Positions 50,708 to 53,064 of a DNA stretch of 53,064 nucleotides are shown here, in pieces (position 1 is the first letter of the stretch; each line of letters opens with the position of its first letter). Location of the stretch: assembly GCF_001194135.2 (NCBI RefSeq), contig NC_068982.1:167556274-167609337 (forward strand), written 5' to 3'. Source of the stretch: Octopus bimaculoides (Eukaryota). Both the position numbers and the translations under genes were made by a program. The notes beneath the pieces were generated by a model. It searched no databases, was not told the DNA's origin, and saw nothing but the letters and a program-made list of their open reading frames with translations.

Positions 50708-51889
50708 TACGCGTTCCTGTGTGGGTGCTTGTGTGCTTTGTAAAGTACAGTTCAGCAACCATTCTCAGCGGATATTTACTGTAGCTCATACGATTACTAA
50801 TGGAATGTGTTTCCCAAGGGGATCACATCTCGAAACAGCAGATTGTGCATTTGTGTTAGCTGGGAAGGCCATTCAATCAATTTACATTTTGTTTTCCCCC
50901 TACCCCCAAATACTTTCATCCCCCACCGAAGCCTTCTGGTCTAGCTCTTATCTACTAAACATGAAAGGACATCCAAAGTGATTTACTTTCATTTGAAGTG
51001 TTTAAAAGATATTTAAACTGATTATCAAAACATTATTTTCCTTGGCCAAAACTATGAGCTATGTTAATGTATAAATGTTAATGTCTCTATTCGAAATGTC
51101 ATTTGTGAGATAAGTTTAAGATGACAATAAAAAAATAAAACCTTTCATTTTCGTTGTCGTAATTTTATAATTAACATTTTTGTTAGCAATATATAAATAT
51201 ATTTGATATTTTATTATCATATTTCTAGCAATAAATTCTTTGAAGTCGTTCGATTGTTACTTGTGTAAATTTTGTCACGACTTCTACCAACTATTTCTAG
51301 AGATTTGCTACAACGATAAGCGTTTAAACGCATTTAATTTAAAAGCGTTCTTAATTTTCGTAGTTCCAAGTACTGATTATGATGTTATTCTGCTTGTTCC
51401 CGTGTTGCTGTCTGTTTCATCCGTATCCTACACTTACGTCATGAGAGATTAGAACTCGAATGGAGCAATATATATATACACACAGAGACAATATATACAT
51501 AGAGACAATATATACATAAAGAGAGACAAAGAAAGAAACGAAACGTGAATGTGTGTGTGTGTGCGCGGGCGCGCGTGATGGCAAGTATGTATGTATTGAA
51601 CATTGAAATTCGTAATCGTATTCTGTTTTTAGTTAATTGTTATTTTATATAAACTTCGGGTAACCTAATACTTTTCATGTAAGGTTACTTTCTATGCAGT
51701 AACCCTGCTGATAATCCCCCTGTATTTGCAGTCCATATGCTCCTTACTGCATAACTCATCCATCAACGTAATGTGATGAATGAGTTATAAGATTCTTTCC
51801 GGCTCACATAATAACAACTTTGGTCTATCCGAAAGTTCAGTTTAGTCTCTTCAGCATTTATCTGTGTATTAATGACTTACTGATTTAGA

Positions 51890-51945
<56 letters not shown>

Positions 51946-51980
51946 ACATGCATGCATACATACATGCACACATACATGCA
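51890..51980. repeat. (TCTA)n / (TACA/TGCA)n compound microsatellite
   Basis: Directly visible. Confidence 0.93.
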
Positions 51981-53021
51981 TTAAATCTTTCGTATCGTAT
52001 CAGCGTCGATTTAACCTATAGCCGTACGTAATATAAATCATAATGAAATGTTATTACAGAAACATCCAACTTTTTTTTTTTTGCTAATTTGTATAATGTA
52101 CAGGAAATGGTTAAACTTGCAACTGAAAATTTCTTTCGATAATAAGTACGTACATTAATTCTAAACCGTCCATTCGTTGCTCACAGAGGCATAAGGCTTA
52201 TGATTTTTCAGGAAACAAGTTTTTCTGTTCAAGATTTTTAGCGTCTTTTTCAACACAACTTTACTAATTTCTTTTAATAGAGAACAAGCCAACCTTTGTA
52301 GGGTGGGTATATTACTGGAATTTATTTAATGGTCATGCAAGAGACGGGTAGAATGTAGCACCTTAGCTGACCATTAAAACAGACTGAGTTACTTTGCACC
52401 CACTATTGTTGTTGTAAATAGGAATCATGAAGAAGTACAGTAAGATAAAAGAATTTTATTTGTTAGTTTGTTAGTTTGCTGTGTTCCTTCAAACTTCTTA
52501 TAAATCAGGAGAATGTGTTCTTCCTGCTGTCTTTCTCTTCTTCAGAGTTTCTCCTTCTCCACTTTTGCTCTCTCCTTTTTTTTCTTATAGTGTTTGCTTT
52601 AAGATAATCACAGTTATCGCTTTAAGAAGACAACGGGGTGATAAGAGAACTTCTACTCCGTAAATAATAACCAAATCCTTCTGAAATCACATCCTGCATA
52701 TATCTGAAAATACTGCAGAATTATATCTACAGCGCATTTGAACATACTGCATCAAAAGTAGCCTGGATATTAAAACCCAAACCCTCTACCAATAATAGTA
52801 ATAGCACTAACAAAAGGGAAGACCTTTCACCTATTCCAGTACTGCTATATACACTTCTACTATTATGTTGTTGACTGTCTTCTCCACAATGTAAATTTTA
52901 CCATCATAAAAATATAAGCAATAATACCACCAAAACTAGTACAATTACTAGTCAATTGCCAATAACCATTTGTAAGACCACTACTTCTCTCTCTTACTCA
53001 CTGTGTGTGTATGTGTGTGTG

Positions 53022-53064
<43 letters not shown>

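Overview
AT-rich, microsatellite-dense eukaryotic non-coding DNA with seven N-gaps. The repeat landscape resembles what I recall of octopus genomes (inference, not a database result). I find no intact protein-coding gene, rRNA, true tRNA or CRISPR array. Nearly all ORF-track hits are translated microsatellites, gaps or SINEs. Recognisable content is mostly transposable-element debris: a Penelope-like GIY-YIG 3' end, a Gypsy integrase C-terminus with PPT and LTR, four to five R4/Dong-type (RLE) LINE fragments, a CR1-type RT 3' end, and probable RTE and L1/Tx1 remnants. There are also four tRNA-headed SINE families (called A-D here), TTAA-flanked piggyBac-like MITEs and a foldback-like element. 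Best leads: (1) a structurally complete type I hammerhead ribozyme at 8549-8622 inside a nested inverted-repeat element; (2) a 101-bp near-perfect palindrome whose arms start just before the GAAAC of a second hammerhead-like family; (3) a 44.6-49.8 kb (AAT)n hotspot where SINE-B and R4 LINE ends sit in opposite, fixed polarities; (4) module swapping among SINE families; (5) a few weak plus-strand exon candidates.
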